The notes: a model not told the origin generated them from the sequence alone. A DNA stretch of 64,000 nt from Bacillota bacterium (GCA_012521185.1 JAAYMV010000089.1:79105-143104); one strand, 5' to 3'; positions 20,877-31,633 are shown, counted from the first letter of the stretch. Numbers and translations are program-made.

Positions 20877-21422
20877 CTACTCATTACCGATTTCCATAAC
20901 GGTAATCTGGTTGTTTGTATATACGCAAATACTTGCAGCAATCTCTAAAGCTTCTCTAGCAATCTCACCTACCGATAATTTAGAATGCTTCATTAAAGCT
21001 TTTGCTGCGGACAATGCATAAGCTCCACCTGAGCCAATCGCAATTACATCGTCATCTGGTTCAATAATATCTCCTGTTCCTGAAATCACTAATAAATGTT
21101 CGGGATTACCTACAATCATTAATGCCTCTAAATTACGCAGCGTGCGATCTGTTCTCCACTGCTTACCTAACTCCACAGCAGCCCGAACTATTTGACCATT
21201 ATATTCTTCTAATTTCTTTTCATACAACTCAAACAGGGTAAAAGCATCGGCTGATGCGCCAGCAAAGCCAGCTAAAATTTTGCCGCCATATAGTGAGCGT
21301 ATTTTTTTTGCCTTATTTTTCATGATCATATTTTGACCAAATGTAACTTGCCCATCACCAGCAATAGCCAACCGATTATCTTTGCGTACAGCTACTATAG
21401 TGGTAGCTCGAAACTGATCCAT
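20877..21422 (-). CDS. hslV: ATP-dependent protease subunit HslV (ClpQ)
   Basis: 181 aa with the N-terminal nucleophile context [22 protein letters not shown]. Confidence 0.97.
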   Translation of the reverse strand: MDQFRATTIVAVRKDNRLAIAGDGQVTFGQNMIMKNKAKKIRSLYGGKILAGFAGASADAFTLFELYEKKLEEYNGQIVRAAVELGKQWRTDRTLRNLEALMIVGNPEHLLVISGTGDIIEPDDDVIAIGSGGAYALSAAKALMKHSKLSVGEIAREALEIAASICVYTNNQITVMEIGNE

Positions 21423-21446
21423 CTAACCCCTCCTTAATAAATAAAC

Positions 21447-22340
21447 CTAGGCTCGCGGATGAGCCTGGTTATAAACGGATTTCAATCGACTTTGACTTAC
21501 CTTGGTATAAATTTGGGTGCTAGATAGACTGGCATGCCCTAAAAGCTCTTGCACTGTTCTTAAGTCTGCACCTGCATCTAAAAGATGAGTTGCAAAACTA
21601 TGCCGCAAAGTATGAGGAGAAATATCTTTCTTAAGACTTACCTTCTCTATCTGGCGCCTAACTAAATATTGAACACCACGCTGAGTTAATCGTGTCCCTT
21701 TATTATTCACAAAAAGTGCTGTTTGCCCTGCTTTGGCTAACTTAGGCCTGGCTTTAGTCAAATAATCATCAATAGCCTTCAAAGCATACTCCCCTACAGG
21801 AACAATTCGTTCCTTACGTCCTTTCCCAAAGACTCGAATGAAATCAAAGGAGCTTTGAATATCCTCGACGTCTAAATTTACCAACTCAGTTAAGCGAATG
21901 CCCGTCGAATATAATAACTCAAAAATTGCCTTATTCCGTAAATCAAGAGGAGCATTTAAATCAAAACCTGATAAAAACAATTCCATCTCATCTACCGTCA
22001 AGGTTTCTGGTAGAAATTTTCCTTTTTTCGGCAGTTTAATCAACTGAGAAGGATCTCGTTCGATCAAATCAAAGCGCAATAAATATTTGTATAATCCCCG
22101 AATTGCTGATAAATGTCTACTAATTGAGCTGCGCTCATACCCTTTATGATAAAGGCTGGACAAATAAGCACGGATAACATGTTGATCCGCTTCTAATATG
22201 GTAGTATCCCAAAGCTCAGTTATAAACTTATTAAATAAATCTAAGTCCTTAGCATAACTCTCGATGGTATTTTCAGCAAAATTCCTTTGTACTAGCAAAT
22301 ATTGTAAGTACTGTTCAATATGGGGATCAGTTTTCCTCAT
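21447..22340 (-). CDS. xerC: Tyrosine recombinase XerC (CodV-type)
   Basis: Catalytic motifs [12 protein letters not shown] and [13 protein letters not shown] are present. It occupies the conserved trmFO-xerC-hslVU-codY position. The start is either ATG 22340 or TTG 22346. Confidence 0.9.
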   Translation of the reverse strand: MRKTDPHIEQYLQYLLVQRNFAENTIESYAKDLDLFNKFITELWDTTILEADQHVIRAYLSSLYHKGYERSSISRHLSAIRGLYKYLLRFDLIERDPSQLIKLPKKGKFLPETLTVDEMELFLSGFDLNAPLDLRNKAIFELLYSTGIRLTELVNLDVEDIQSSFDFIRVFGKGRKERIVPVGEYALKAIDDYLTKARPKLAKAGQTALFVNNKGTRLTQRGVQYLVRRQIEKVSLKKDISPHTLRHSFATHLLDAGADLRTVQELLGHASLSSTQIYTKVSQSRLKSVYNQAHPRA

Positions 22341-23644
22341 ATACAATCAGTCCCAGTAATAAAAGATTTCAAAGCTTCTAAAGCTCGTGTACTATAGGCT
22401 TCCTTACGCAGCTGCTTCTTTTTTACGCGCTCAGCCAATGGAGGCAGAATGCCAAAATTAGCATTCATTGGCTGAAAATCCTCAGATTTTAAAGTAATAT
22501 ACCTTGCTAACGCTCCTATCATAGTTTCTTCGGGAAACTCAAGGGGAAGTTGGGTGTTTAGCAAGCGGCAGGCATTTATACCTGCTACCAAACCAGAAGA
22601 TACACTTTCCACATAACCTTCAACACCAGAAATTTGACCGGCTAAGAATAACTGAGGATGCTTTTTAAACTGATAAGTTGGCTTTAAAACCGCTGGGGAA
22701 TTAATAAAAGTATTTCGGTGCATTACACCGAAACGTACAAATTCGGCATTTTTTAAAGCAGGTATCAAGCGAAAAACTCGCTGTTGCTCTCCCCATTTTA
22801 AGCGAGTTTGAAATCCTACTAGATTAAATAAAGTAGCTTTTGTATTCTCCAATCGCAATTGAACAACGGCATAAGGCCGATTGCCCTCAGCATCTTCTAG
22901 ACCAACTGGACGAAGCGGCCCATATCTTAAGGTATCTGGACCACGGCTAGCTAACACTTCAATAGGAATACAACCTTCAAATACTTTTAGATCATCTTCG
23001 ATACCTTCATGTAAAGGAACGACTTCCGCATTTACTAACTCCTGATAAAATATTTCATACTCTTCCTTAGTCAATGGGCAATTAAAATAATCAGCTGTTC
23101 CTCGATTATAGCGTGCAGCCCAAAATCCCTTACTATAATCGATACTATCGCCAGTAATGATCGGAGCTGCTGCATCATAAAAGTATAGGTGGTTTTCGCC
23201 AGTTAAATCTTGCAATACCTTGGTTATTCCCGGACTCGATAATGGCCCTGTAGCAATAATCGTAATTCCTTCTGGTAACTCAGTACATTCTTCACGAATT
23301 ACAGTAATATTAGGGTGATTAGCAATTCTAGCGGTTACTAATTCAGAAAACTTCTGGCGATCAACGGCCAAAGCACCGCCAGCAGGTACTTGACACTGAT
23401 TAGCAACCTCAATAATTAATGAACCTAATAATTCCAATTCCGCTTTTAGCAAGCCGCCTGCTGTTGTTAGAACTTTGGAGCCTAATGAATTGCTACAGAC
23501 TAATTCTGCTAGATTACCAGTATGATGGGCGTCTGTCTGCTTTTCAGGACGCATTTCATACAGTCTAACTTGGTGCCCTCTTTCTGCAATTTGCCAGGCT
23601 GCTTCACTACCAGCAAGCCCACCACCAATAACATTAATAAACAT
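22337..23644 (-). CDS. trmFO: Folate-dependent tRNA (uracil54-C5)-methyltransferase TrmFO (Gid)
   Basis: It begins [23 protein letters not shown] (FAD motif). The start is the ATG at 23644 in a TAATG overlap with the topA stop, with AGGAGG 9 nt upstream. Confidence 0.95.
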   Translation of the reverse strand: MFINVIGGGLAGSEAAWQIAERGHQVRLYEMRPEKQTDAHHTGNLAELVCSNSLGSKVLTTAGGLLKAELELLGSLIIEVANQCQVPAGGALAVDRQKFSELVTARIANHPNITVIREECTELPEGITIIATGPLSSPGITKVLQDLTGENHLYFYDAAAPIITGDSIDYSKGFWAARYNRGTADYFNCPLTKEEYEIFYQELVNAEVVPLHEGIEDDLKVFEGCIPIEVLASRGPDTLRYGPLRPVGLEDAEGNRPYAVVQLRLENTKATLFNLVGFQTRLKWGEQQRVFRLIPALKNAEFVRFGVMHRNTFINSPAVLKPTYQFKKHPQLFLAGQISGVEGYVESVSSGLVAGINACRLLNTQLPLEFPEETMIGALARYITLKSEDFQPMNANFGILPPLAERVKKKQLRKEAYSTRALEALKSFITGTDCI

Positions 23645-25707
23645 TAGTCTTGGCCTCCTGGACATTCCTTGTTGGTACAAACGATCTTATTATCCTTCTT
23701 TTGCAAGGACATTAGTTTTTGGCAATGAGGACATTTCTCATTTACTGGTTGCATCCAACTGGTAAATTCACAATCAGGATAATTAGAACAGCCGTAGAAA
23801 GGACGGCCTTTTCTAGTTCTCCGTTCTACAATTTGACCATCATCACAATCAGGACAAGGAACTCCTATTTCATTTAATAAAGGTTTAGTATTGCGGCATT
23901 CAGGGTAATTAGGACAAGCTAAAAATTTACCAAAACGACCCCATTTAATAACCATGAACTCTCCACACTTATCACAAGGAACATCTGTTACTTCATCTTT
24001 AATTTCGATCTTATCCAATGATTCATGGGCTTTAGCTAATTCTTTAGAAAACTCTTGGTAAAATTGATCAATAATTTCAACCCAGTCTGCTTTACCCTCT
24101 TCAATTTCATCTAGCTGCTTTTCCATAGATGCAGTAAAATCAACATCGATTAAATCGGAGAAGTTTTCTAACAATACATCGACTACAATTTTTCCTAAAT
24201 CCGTTGGTTTAAAGCGCTTTTCTTCTAGGGTAACATATCCTCTTCTTAATATAGTGTCAATAATTGGTGCATAAGTACTTGGACGACCAATACCTTTTTC
24301 TTCAAGAGTTTTTACTAACATCGCTTCACTATAACGAGGCGGTGGCTGAGTAAAATGTTGTTTTAATTGGACATCTTTTGCTGTTACTTGCTCTTGGTCT
24401 ACTAACTCTGGCAACATAGTTTCCTTTTCTTCAACCTCATCTGTTCCTTCAACATATACTTGAATAAATCCGGGGAACTTAAGAGTAGACCCTGTTGCCC
24501 TAAAAGTGTAATCAGCAACTGCAATATCTGCAGATACGCTGTTAAAAATTGCAGCTGCCATTTGACTTGCTACAAAACGTTCCCAAATCAATTTATACAG
24601 CCGATATTGATCCCGTCCAAGATATTCCTTGACATCTTGAGGCTTACGCAAAACACTAGTAGGACGTATAGCTTCATGAGCTTCCTGTGCTCCTGACTTA
24701 GACTGGTACTGATTAGGGCTTTTCGGTAAGTAATCTTGACCAAATTCTTGATCAATGAAAGAACGGACTTCACTAATCGCTTCATTAGATACTCGGGTAG
24801 CATCTGTTCGCATGTAGGTAATTAATCCGACTGTACCTTCTTTGCCAATGTCTAAGCCTTCATATAGTTGTTGTGCAATGCGCATAGTTTTTTTAGCTGT
24901 AAAATTAAGCTTACGGGCTGCTTCCTGCTGTAAAGTACTAGTTATAAATGGCGGTGCTGGATTACGGCGACGCTGACGCTTAACAACTTTAGTAACTACC
25001 CATTCTTGATTCACAAGATCAGCTTTTACTTTTTGCGCCTGTTCCTGATTGGCTATTTCAATCTTCTTATTCTTATAGCGATATAATTTTGCCTCAAAGG
25101 TTTGCTGCTCTTTATTACTTAAAATACCAGTTACCGACCAATATTCTTGAGGTACAAAAGCTTCAATTTCAGTTTCCCGTTCACAGATTAATCTTACCGC
25201 GACTGATTGTACTCGACCAGCACTTAAGCCCTTCTTAACCTTCGCCCAAAGTAATGGTGACAACTGATAACCAACAATCCGGTCTAAAACTCTACGTCCT
25301 TGCTGAGCGGCAACTAAATTCTGCGATATATTTCTCGGATTCTTAACTGCCTGCTTAATAGCTTGCTCAGTAATCTCTCTAAACTCTATTCGACAGTTAT
25401 CCCGTTCAAGCTTTAAAGCTTCTGCCAAATGCCAAGCAATAGCCTCTCCTTCTCGATCAGGGTCAGTAGCCAGTAATACTCGATCAGCTTTTTTTGCTGC
25501 ATCACGTAATTCTTTTAAGATCGGTCCTTTACCCCGAATAGTAATATATTTTGGTTCATAATTATTCTCCACATCAACACCAAACTGGCTTCTAGGAAGG
25601 TCACGGACATGGCCCATTGATGCTTTAACTACATAGTTTCTTCCTAAGAATTTACTAATTGTTTTGGCTTTTGCTGGAGACTCTACAATAACAAGTGACT
25701 TTGACAC
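23644..25707 (-). CDS. topA: DNA topoisomerase I
   Basis: It has a TOPRIM N-terminus ([13 protein letters not shown]) and three C-terminal Cys4 zinc ribbons. The start is the GTG at 25707, 6 nt after GGAGGTG. Confidence 0.97.
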   Translation of the reverse strand: MSKSLVIVESPAKAKTISKFLGRNYVVKASMGHVRDLPRSQFGVDVENNYEPKYITIRGKGPILKELRDAAKKADRVLLATDPDREGEAIAWHLAEALKLERDNCRIEFREITEQAIKQAVKNPRNISQNLVAAQQGRRVLDRIVGYQLSPLLWAKVKKGLSAGRVQSVAVRLICERETEIEAFVPQEYWSVTGILSNKEQQTFEAKLYRYKNKKIEIANQEQAQKVKADLVNQEWVVTKVVKRQRRRNPAPPFITSTLQQEAARKLNFTAKKTMRIAQQLYEGLDIGKEGTVGLITYMRTDATRVSNEAISEVRSFIDQEFGQDYLPKSPNQYQSKSGAQEAHEAIRPTSVLRKPQDVKEYLGRDQYRLYKLIWERFVASQMAAAIFNSVSADIAVADYTFRATGSTLKFPGFIQVYVEGTDEVEEKETMLPELVDQEQVTAKDVQLKQHFTQPPPRYSEAMLVKTLEEKGIGRPSTYAPIIDTILRRGYVTLEEKRFKPTDLGKIVVDVLLENFSDLIDVDFTASMEKQLDEIEEGKADWVEIIDQFYQEFSKELAKAHESLDKIEIKDEVTDVPCDKCGEFMVIKWGRFGKFLACPNYPECRNTKPLLNEIGVPCPDCDDGQIVERRTRKGRPFYGCSNYPDCEFTSWMQPVNEKCPHCQKLMSLQKKDNKIVCTNKECPGGQD

Positions 25708-25747
25708 TGTCTCACCTCCCAGAATATGTAAATAACAAATCCCCCTC

Positions 25748-25776
25748 ATTATAAACCGTACTCTAATTTTTTACAA
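25748..25776 (-). promoter_or_regulatory. Sigma-A-type promoter upstream of topA
   Basis: Minus strand TTGTAA (25776-25771), a 17 nt spacer and TATAAT (25753-25748), about 40 nt upstream of the topA start. Confidence 0.6.
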
Positions 25777-25814
25777 CTTAACCCTATTCATAGGTTATTA
25801 TCCAGTCCTAAGTA

Positions 25815-26837
25815 TTAGTACCCTTCAACTTGGAGAATGGTTATACTGCTTTGAACCTTATTAATAGGTATTTTAGTAATCTCTACAATCTCATCGGTTG
25901 AATAACCTTGCCGATAATATTTAAGCACAAGTTGTAAGGTTTGGTCAAGTTTATTTACCAGTGGCTTTGCTACTAACTGAAAATAATCTAAAATATCTTG
26001 GGGACTATCAACTAATCCAGCCCCTTGCTTAATTAGTTTATTTGTCCCCTTCCGCAAAGGATTAGCAATATCTCCTGGTATAGCCCAGACATCCTTCCCT
26101 TGTTCTAATGCCCAATCTACAGTAGACATGGTACCTGATTTTTCGCCAGCTTCCACAACTAAGACCCCTTTTGAAAAAGCAGCAATTAAACGATTTCTTC
26201 TAGGAAAATTACCTGGCTTAATTGCTGCATTAGAAGAAAATTCAGTAACCAAACATCCATTTTGGCTAATCTTGTTAGCTAACTCACAATTTTCAGGCGG
26301 ATAGATTTGATTTAAAGAAGAGCCTAATACAGCTATGGTAGACCCTCCAGCTGCTAAAGCCCCTAGATGAGCCTGTGTATCAATACCTCGTGCTAATCCA
26401 CTAACAATCGGAAAATAATCAGCTAATTCTTTGGCAAAATCATAGGCTTGTCTTCTACCACTAGCTGTAGGTTTACGGGTGCCCACAATGGCTATACCTA
26501 AATCTGAAGGCAATCTGCCTAGGCAATAAATAACAGGTGGAACTGGTTGTAAGCCCTTTAGATATTTTGGGTAATCTGGATTATAAGCTGTATAAATCCT
26601 TGCCCCTATACTTTTTGCCCAGTTTAGCTCTTTTATAGGATCAATTTTAGTCCGTTGTTCAATGAAGGACTTACTTACCTTAGGACCGAAACCAGGTACC
26701 TGAAGTAACTGTGAATACGAGCTATTCCAGGCATCTTGCAATGAACCAAAAGCTTTTACAAGTGCCTCTAAACGATGTCCTGCAATCCCATTTAGCATGT
26801 TAAAAGCTATTAAATACTCTTCTGAACTCCATTTCAC
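25815..26837 (-). CDS. dprA: DNA processing protein DprA (Smf)
   Basis: 340 aa with the DprA Rossmann-like core (VSGLARGIDTQAHLGALAAGGSTIAVLGSSL...PGNFPRRNRLIAAFS). The start is GTG, 7 nt after AGGAGG. Confidence 0.95.
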   Translation of the reverse strand: MKWSSEEYLIAFNMLNGIAGHRLEALVKAFGSLQDAWNSSYSQLLQVPGFGPKVSKSFIEQRTKIDPIKELNWAKSIGARIYTAYNPDYPKYLKGLQPVPPVIYCLGRLPSDLGIAIVGTRKPTASGRRQAYDFAKELADYFPIVSGLARGIDTQAHLGALAAGGSTIAVLGSSLNQIYPPENCELANKISQNGCLVTEFSSNAAIKPGNFPRRNRLIAAFSKGVLVVEAGEKSGTMSTVDWALEQGKDVWAIPGDIANPLRKGTNKLIKQGAGLVDSPQDILDYFQLVAKPLVNKLDQTLQLVLKYYRQGYSTDEIVEITKIPINKVQSSITILQVEGY

Positions 26838-26849
26838 ATTATTACCTCC

Positions 26850-27086
26850 TTATTCATCATCAGATTCAAAAGAATGTTCCACTAAGTTATCAAGAATTTC
26901 ACGTAATTCTTCCTCCCATTTCAATTGATAGACCCGCAGATCTACTTCATTAACAATCGAACCCGAAGTGCAATTCGTGCACATTATTCCATACATTTCT
27001 GCCTTTGCTGCTCTAATACTATGCGGTGTATCCACATCACAAATCGGACAAAAGAAAATCCGTGTACTTCCTACATCTATTTCCAT
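26850..27086 (-). CDS. Small acidic zinc-ribbon protein (CPIC...CTNC), function unknown
   Basis: 78 aa with a strong RBS (GGGGAGG plus 7 nt). Its stop lies 12 nt before the dprA start, whose RBS sits in that gap. I recognise no family. Confidence 0.6.
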   Translation of the reverse strand: MEIDVGSTRIFFCPICDVDTPHSIRAAKAEMYGIMCTNCTSGSIVNEVDLRVYQLKWEEELREILDNLVEHSFESDDE

Positions 27087-27212
27087 AAGCTATCCTCCCC
27101 ATTAGAATCTACATGCTTAGGATATCATGAAAAACCAAATTCTATGTTCGCAGGAATTTTCTGATAGGTGTTGAAATTTAAATATTGCAAATTTTAAAAG
27201 GGGGAATCAGCT

Positions 27213-28670
27213 ATGATTACATTATTTAGTGGAACTGTTATTGGTTTAGATGCACTGCCAGTAACAGTCGAAATCGACTTAAATAATGGATTGCCAACAT
27301 TTGAAATCGTAGGCTTAGCAGGAATGGCTGTCCGTGAAAGTCGCGAACGAGTGCGAGCTGCAATTAACAATTCAGGCTTTAATTTTCCGATGAAGAAAAT
27401 AATAGTTAATTTAGCACCAGCAGCCATAAAAAAAGAAGGAACTCTCTTCGATTTACCAATCGCCTTAGGAATTCTGGCTAATCTTGGGTATATTCAACCA
27501 ACTAGATTAAAGGAATTCATTATTGCTGGTGAACTATCATTAGCTGGCGAAGTAAGGCCGGTTAACGGTATGCTTAGCTTAGCTGAACTAGCAACTAAAT
27601 TAGGGAAAAAAATGTTAGTACCAGCAGCCAACTCTAAGGAAGCCGCTTCTGGCAACAAACAAGTCTACGGTGTGAAAAATTTACTTGAAGCAGTTAACTT
27701 TCTTAAAGGAGAAATATCCCTTAAGGTAATAAAACCCCAGAGCTATCATTTTGAGCAAGAGCAGCCAAACTGGCATAATATTAAAGGACAGCAGGTGGCT
27801 AAAAGAATGCTAATGATTGCAGCTTGTGGTCATCACCATTGCTTATTAATGGGTGCCCCTGGAACTGGTAAAACTTTGTTAGCTAACTCCGTTAAAAATC
27901 TATTAACACCATTAACGCTTCCTGAAGCCATTGAAGTGACTAAAATCTATAGTATGGCTGGACTATTACAACCAAATTCTGGTTTAGTAACTACTCGTCC
28001 AGTTCGCTCACCTCACCACACCATTACTCAAGTAGGCTTAGTTGGAGGTGGAAATCCTATTCAACCAGGAGAAATCACCCTTGCCAGTCACGGTGTTTTA
28101 ATTCTAGATGAAATGCTAGAGTTTAGCAATCAAGCTCTGCAGGCATTACGTGAACCATTAGAAGCAGGTTATGTTTCTATTGTCAGAGCCAATCAGCGAA
28201 TTAAATTTCCAGCTAAATTCTTGCTAGTTGCCACAGCTAATCCTTGTCCCTGCGGATTCTTTGGTGACGATAAACAAGAATGTCGCTGTCAAATCCAACA
28301 AATTAGAAACTATCAAAAAAAGCTATTAGGTCCGTTACTAGATCGAATAGATTTATTCACCTTTTTACCAAATTTAGATTCTGATGATTATCAAAAAACT
28401 GAAAATTCAACAGATATTATTTTACCTATAACAGAAAAAAACGGGTTGATGACAGACCAGGAAGTTCAGAGCATCAAACTTACTGGGGAATGTCAACAAT
28501 TTTTACTAAAAGCACAAAAACGTTTAAATTTATCAGCTCGGGGATATTACAAAACCATCAAAATCGCTAAAACTATTTCTGAAATTGAACAAGCCTCAAG
28601 CATAGAACTCCCTCATCTAGCCGAGGCATTGCAATATCGCTGGGAAAACTTGAACTTAGTTAACGTTTAA
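27213..28670 (+). CDS. comM: ComM/YifB family Mg-chelatase-like AAA+ protein
   Basis: 485 aa with a Lon-like N-terminal domain (VNLAPAAIKKEGTLFDLPIALGIL), Walker A GAPGTGKT and a ChlI-type core. The RBS is AAGGGGG. Confidence 0.93.
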   Translation: MITLFSGTVIGLDALPVTVEIDLNNGLPTFEIVGLAGMAVRESRERVRAAINNSGFNFPMKKIIVNLAPAAIKKEGTLFDLPIALGILANLGYIQPTRLKEFIIAGELSLAGEVRPVNGMLSLAELATKLGKKMLVPAANSKEAASGNKQVYGVKNLLEAVNFLKGEISLKVIKPQSYHFEQEQPNWHNIKGQQVAKRMLMIAACGHHHCLLMGAPGTGKTLLANSVKNLLTPLTLPEAIEVTKIYSMAGLLQPNSGLVTTRPVRSPHHTITQVGLVGGGNPIQPGEITLASHGVLILDEMLEFSNQALQALREPLEAGYVSIVRANQRIKFPAKFLLVATANPCPCGFFGDDKQECRCQIQQIRNYQKKLLGPLLDRIDLFTFLPNLDSDDYQKTENSTDIILPITEKNGLMTDQEVQSIKLTGECQQFLLKAQKRLNLSARGYYKTIKIAKTISEIEQASSIELPHLAEALQYRWENLNLVNV

Positions 28671-29125
28671 GCTTCTGGTGCCCAGCCAAAATTCTGCTTA
28701 GCAACTTGCAATACTAGTGATGTTCCGGTATTGTAAATACCTGGAATATCATCTAGTTTATTAATTAAAAATTTTAGTAAATGATCATTGCTAGGAACAA
28801 CAACCTCAATTACTAAGTCATAATTACCAGTTGACAAAGCAACATAACGAACTTCTGACATATCAGATAAAGCTTGGACGATTTGGTCAATTTTACTTCG
28901 TTCTACCTTCATCCCCACAATAGCTACAGTTTGCATACCCACCTTAAGGGGATCTGTAACACCAACAATCTGAAGGATCTGTTCATCAATTAGGCGAGCG
29001 ACTCGGCGACGTATTGTTCCTTCGGCAAGCCCTAGTTCATTAGCAATAGTTAGATAGGGCATACGCCCATCTTTTTGAAGCAAGCTAATTATTTGTCGAT
29101 CAATATCATCTACGTGGTTAGACAC
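28667..29125 (-). CDS. Lrp/AsnC family regulator (downstream paralog)
   Basis: About 152 aa counted from the GTG at 29125 (AAGGAGG plus 8 nt). It has an HTH followed by an AsnC-type ligand domain (ILQIVGVTDPLKVG...). It overlaps the upstream paralog by 8 nt. Confidence 0.85.
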   Translation of the reverse strand: MSNHVDDIDRQIISLLQKDGRMPYLTIANELGLAEGTIRRRVARLIDEQILQIVGVTDPLKVGMQTVAIVGMKVERSKIDQIVQALSDMSEVRYVALSTGNYDLVIEVVVPSNDHLLKFLINKLDDIPGIYNTGTSLVLQVAKQNFGWAPEA

Positions 29126-29597
29126 TTGCTGTTCCTCCTTTACTTTCTTTAAAAGGTATCCAATTATAGATCTGTTTATGGATCTGTAAAATAATAGATG
29201 TTTCTGTGCTAATAATCCCCTCAATACTAGGTACCTGCTCATTAAGTAGTTTGATCAACTCTTCTCGGTTAGGCAAAACAACCATCGCTACCAAATCGTA
29301 GGAACCGGTAGTAACTGCTAAATATCGAATCGACACAACCTCTTTTAATTTCTCAATTACATTATTAACTTGACCCCGCTGAACCTCTAACCATAAAAAG
29401 GCAACTGTATCTAAACCAACTTTAAACGGATCAGTCACTCCAACAATCTGCAAAATATTATTTTCCTCAAGCTTTTTTACTCTTTTACGAATTGTGCCCT
29501 CAGAAACATTTAACTGATTGGCCAAGGTTACATAACTAATTCTACCATCTTCTTGGAGATACTTTAATATCTGTCTATCTAAATCATCAATTCCCAT
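29118..29597 (-). CDS. Lrp/AsnC family regulator (upstream paralog)
   Basis: 159 aa (DDLDRQILKYLQEDGRISYVTLANQLNVSEGTIRKRVKKLEENNILQIVGVTDPFKVG...). Confidence 0.88.
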   Translation of the reverse strand: MGIDDLDRQILKYLQEDGRISYVTLANQLNVSEGTIRKRVKKLEENNILQIVGVTDPFKVGLDTVAFLWLEVQRGQVNNVIEKLKEVVSIRYLAVTTGSYDLVAMVVLPNREELIKLLNEQVPSIEGIISTETSIILQIHKQIYNWIPFKESKGGTASV

Positions 29598-29742
29598 CTT
29601 TTCCCTCCTCCGGTACAGGGCAAGTACTAATTTGGTTATTTCGTGAATATATTTCTGCGAAAGTCGTAATTATCCTTTTATTTTCTATAGTGATGTAACA
29701 AAAAATGTGGCTATGAATATTTTATCAAGGAGGTGTATTTAC

Positions 29743-30105
29743 TTGGAGTCTGATTTATATTTATTAGCCAAAATGATTCATGCCGAAGCAGAAGGTGAAC
29801 CATTTCTAGGAAAAGTAGCTGTGGGAGCCGTAATTATGAACCGCTTACATGATCCACGCTTTCCAAACTCAATCAAGGAGATCATCTTTCAACCAGGTCA
29901 GTTTTCTCCCATTGCCGATGGTAGATTTTTTAGCATTGGTATAATTGATCCTGAGTGTATTGAAGCAGCCAAACTCAGCCTTAAAGGAGAAGATCCGACA
30001 GGAGGAGCATTATATTTTTATAACCCGGATAAAGTATCTCCAAACAGCTGGATTCGCACCAGACCAATAATTTATTTAATAGGTAATCATGTATTCTGTT
30101 CATAA
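29743..30105 (+). CDS. SleB/CwlJ-family spore cortex-lytic cell wall hydrolase (catalytic domain only)
   Basis: It contains LLAKMIHAEAEGEPFLGKVAVGAVIMNRLHDPRFPNSIKEIIFQPGQFSP. The start is probably the TTG at 29743, 7 nt after AGGAGGTG; the track start at 29707 is the alternative. Confidence 0.85.
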   Translation: MESDLYLLAKMIHAEAEGEPFLGKVAVGAVIMNRLHDPRFPNSIKEIIFQPGQFSPIADGRFFSIGIIDPECIEAAKLSLKGEDPTGGALYFYNPDKVSPNSWIRTRPIIYLIGNHVFCS

Positions 30106-30112
30106 GAATGAC

Positions 30113-30144
30113 AAAGGACCATATTAGGTCCTTTGATTTTATTT
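30113..30144 (+). terminator. Intrinsic terminator between the convergent sleB-like and dac genes
   Basis: AAAGGACC-AUAUUA-GGUCCUUU followed by GAUUUUAUUU. The reverse orientation has a weaker U-tract. Confidence 0.65.
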
Positions 30145-31293
30145 AGTTATTAGTTTGCTAAAAAATAGGATAACTGTATCTATTAATACCCTAAACCACC
30201 CGCCGCGAGGTACCTCCTCACTAGCTAATAAAGGTGTTCTTTTCAAAACTTGGCCATCTTGATAAACAACCAATTCACCAACTTGCTCGCCTGCTTTAAT
30301 CGGCGCTACTAATTCTTTTAACTCTACCTTGGTCTCTAAAGTTGCTGCACTATCCTTAGCAATTGTTACAACTTTTTCCCGGAGAGCAAGACCAATCATC
30401 TTTTCTTTACCTTTAAACACTCGAGCCTCAGTTTGTTCCATTAAACTAGCAACTTCGATGGTTGTAAAATTATTAAAGCCATAATTTAATAGATTGGTCG
30501 CTACTTGCTCCCGTTTTCTTTCACTATCAGCACCTAAAACCACTGCTATGAGTCGACGTCCGTCTCTGGTAGCTGTAGCAACAAAATTATATCCGGCTTT
30601 ACTTAAATGACCAGTTTTTAAACCATCGGCTCCTTCATAGCTCCATAATAAACCATTGCGATTGTTTTGCACAATTGGTACTTTACTCGACCGTGGTTTG
30701 TAGCTAAATGATTTTTCTTTATGATATTTTAATGCTTCTGGATAGTCTTTCAGATAATTTGCAGTTAAAATTGCATAATCAAGGGCTACAATTTGATTCA
30801 CTTCAGATAATCCGTGAACATCAGTAAAATGTAAGTTTAAACCTAAATCCTTGGCTTTAGCATTCATCCACTGAACAAAAACTTCTTCCCTTCCAGCTAA
30901 AGCTTCAGCCAAAGCAACGCTGGCATCATTACCTGAAACCACAGCAATTCCGTAAAGTAGGTCTTCGATGGTAACTTTTTCCCCTACTTCAAGAAACATT
31001 TGCGAACCGCCCATTCGCCAAGCACGTTCACTAACCGTCACTACTGTATCTAATGAAGCATTGCCTAATCTAATTTGATCTAGAGCTACATACATGGTCA
31101 TAACCTTAACCAAACTAGCAGGTATCCATGGTTGATCAGCATTTTGAGCAGCTAAAACCTGTCCAGAATCAAAATCATATAATAAACCTATTTCGGCATC
31201 AATTGCGTAATTTGGCATTGCTAAAGCAAAGTTACTGCCAAACACAATACTTAAAACTAATATTAGCGTGATAACAACTATCTTGGCTCTCAT
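30139..31293 (-). CDS. Serine-type D-Ala-D-Ala carboxypeptidase (PBP5/DacF-like)
   Basis: It has a signal peptide and the SLVK (SxxK), SGN and KTG motifs. The start is the ATG at 31293 in an ATGA overlap with the yraN stop. Confidence 0.92.
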   Translation of the reverse strand: MRAKIVVITLILVLSIVFGSNFALAMPNYAIDAEIGLLYDFDSGQVLAAQNADQPWIPASLVKVMTMYVALDQIRLGNASLDTVVTVSERAWRMGGSQMFLEVGEKVTIEDLLYGIAVVSGNDASVALAEALAGREEVFVQWMNAKAKDLGLNLHFTDVHGLSEVNQIVALDYAILTANYLKDYPEALKYHKEKSFSYKPRSSKVPIVQNNRNGLLWSYEGADGLKTGHLSKAGYNFVATATRDGRRLIAVVLGADSERKREQVATNLLNYGFNNFTTIEVASLMEQTEARVFKGKEKMIGLALREKVVTIAKDSAATLETKVELKELVAPIKAGEQVGELVVYQDGQVLKRTPLLASEEVPRGGWFRVLIDTVILFFSKLITK

Positions 31294-31625
31294 GCAAAAG
31301 CTCCCTTCACCCAAATAATTTCATTGTCAATTATCCCTAGAACATCAAACCGACAGGGCGGCCAATGGGTAAAACGGGATAAATAATAACTTGCTACTTT
31401 TTTGATCTTATTTTGTTTGCGTAAAGTGATAGACTCTAAGGGACTACCATAATCCAAGGAGGTCCGATATTTTACTTCGACAAAGACAATGGTTTTCTCA
31501 TCTTGCATAATTAAGTCGATTTCTCCAAATCTAGTACGAAAATTTCTTTCTAGTAAAACTAACCCCTGCTTTTGTAAAAAAACACACGCGATTGCTTCGC
31601 CATACTTACCCTTATTGATATTCAT
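31290..31625 (-). CDS. yraN: YraN family (UPF0102) endonuclease-like protein
   Basis: 111 aa (GEAIACVFLQKQGLVLLERNFRTRFGEIDLIMQDEKTIVFVEVKYR). Confidence 0.9.
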   Translation of the reverse strand: MNINKGKYGEAIACVFLQKQGLVLLERNFRTRFGEIDLIMQDEKTIVFVEVKYRTSLDYGSPLESITLRKQNKIKKVASYYLSRFTHWPPCRFDVLGIIDNEIIWVKGAFA

Positions 31626-31633
31626 GGTGATTT

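Noticed and set aside
21447-22340. The tyrosine recombinase considered as a sign of a phage or integrative element.
   Set aside because: It sits in the conserved trmFO-xerC(codV)-hslVU-codY housekeeping operon with overlapping or adjacent genes, and there is no att-like repeat, excisionase or cargo gene.
28667-29597. The paired Lrp/AsnC-like genes considered as AhbA/AhbB siroheme decarboxylase subunits.
   Set aside because: No ahbC/ahbD, hem or cytochrome genes are nearby, and both proteins keep a typical DNA-binding HTH. This cannot be excluded without phylogeny, so it is mentioned only as a check.
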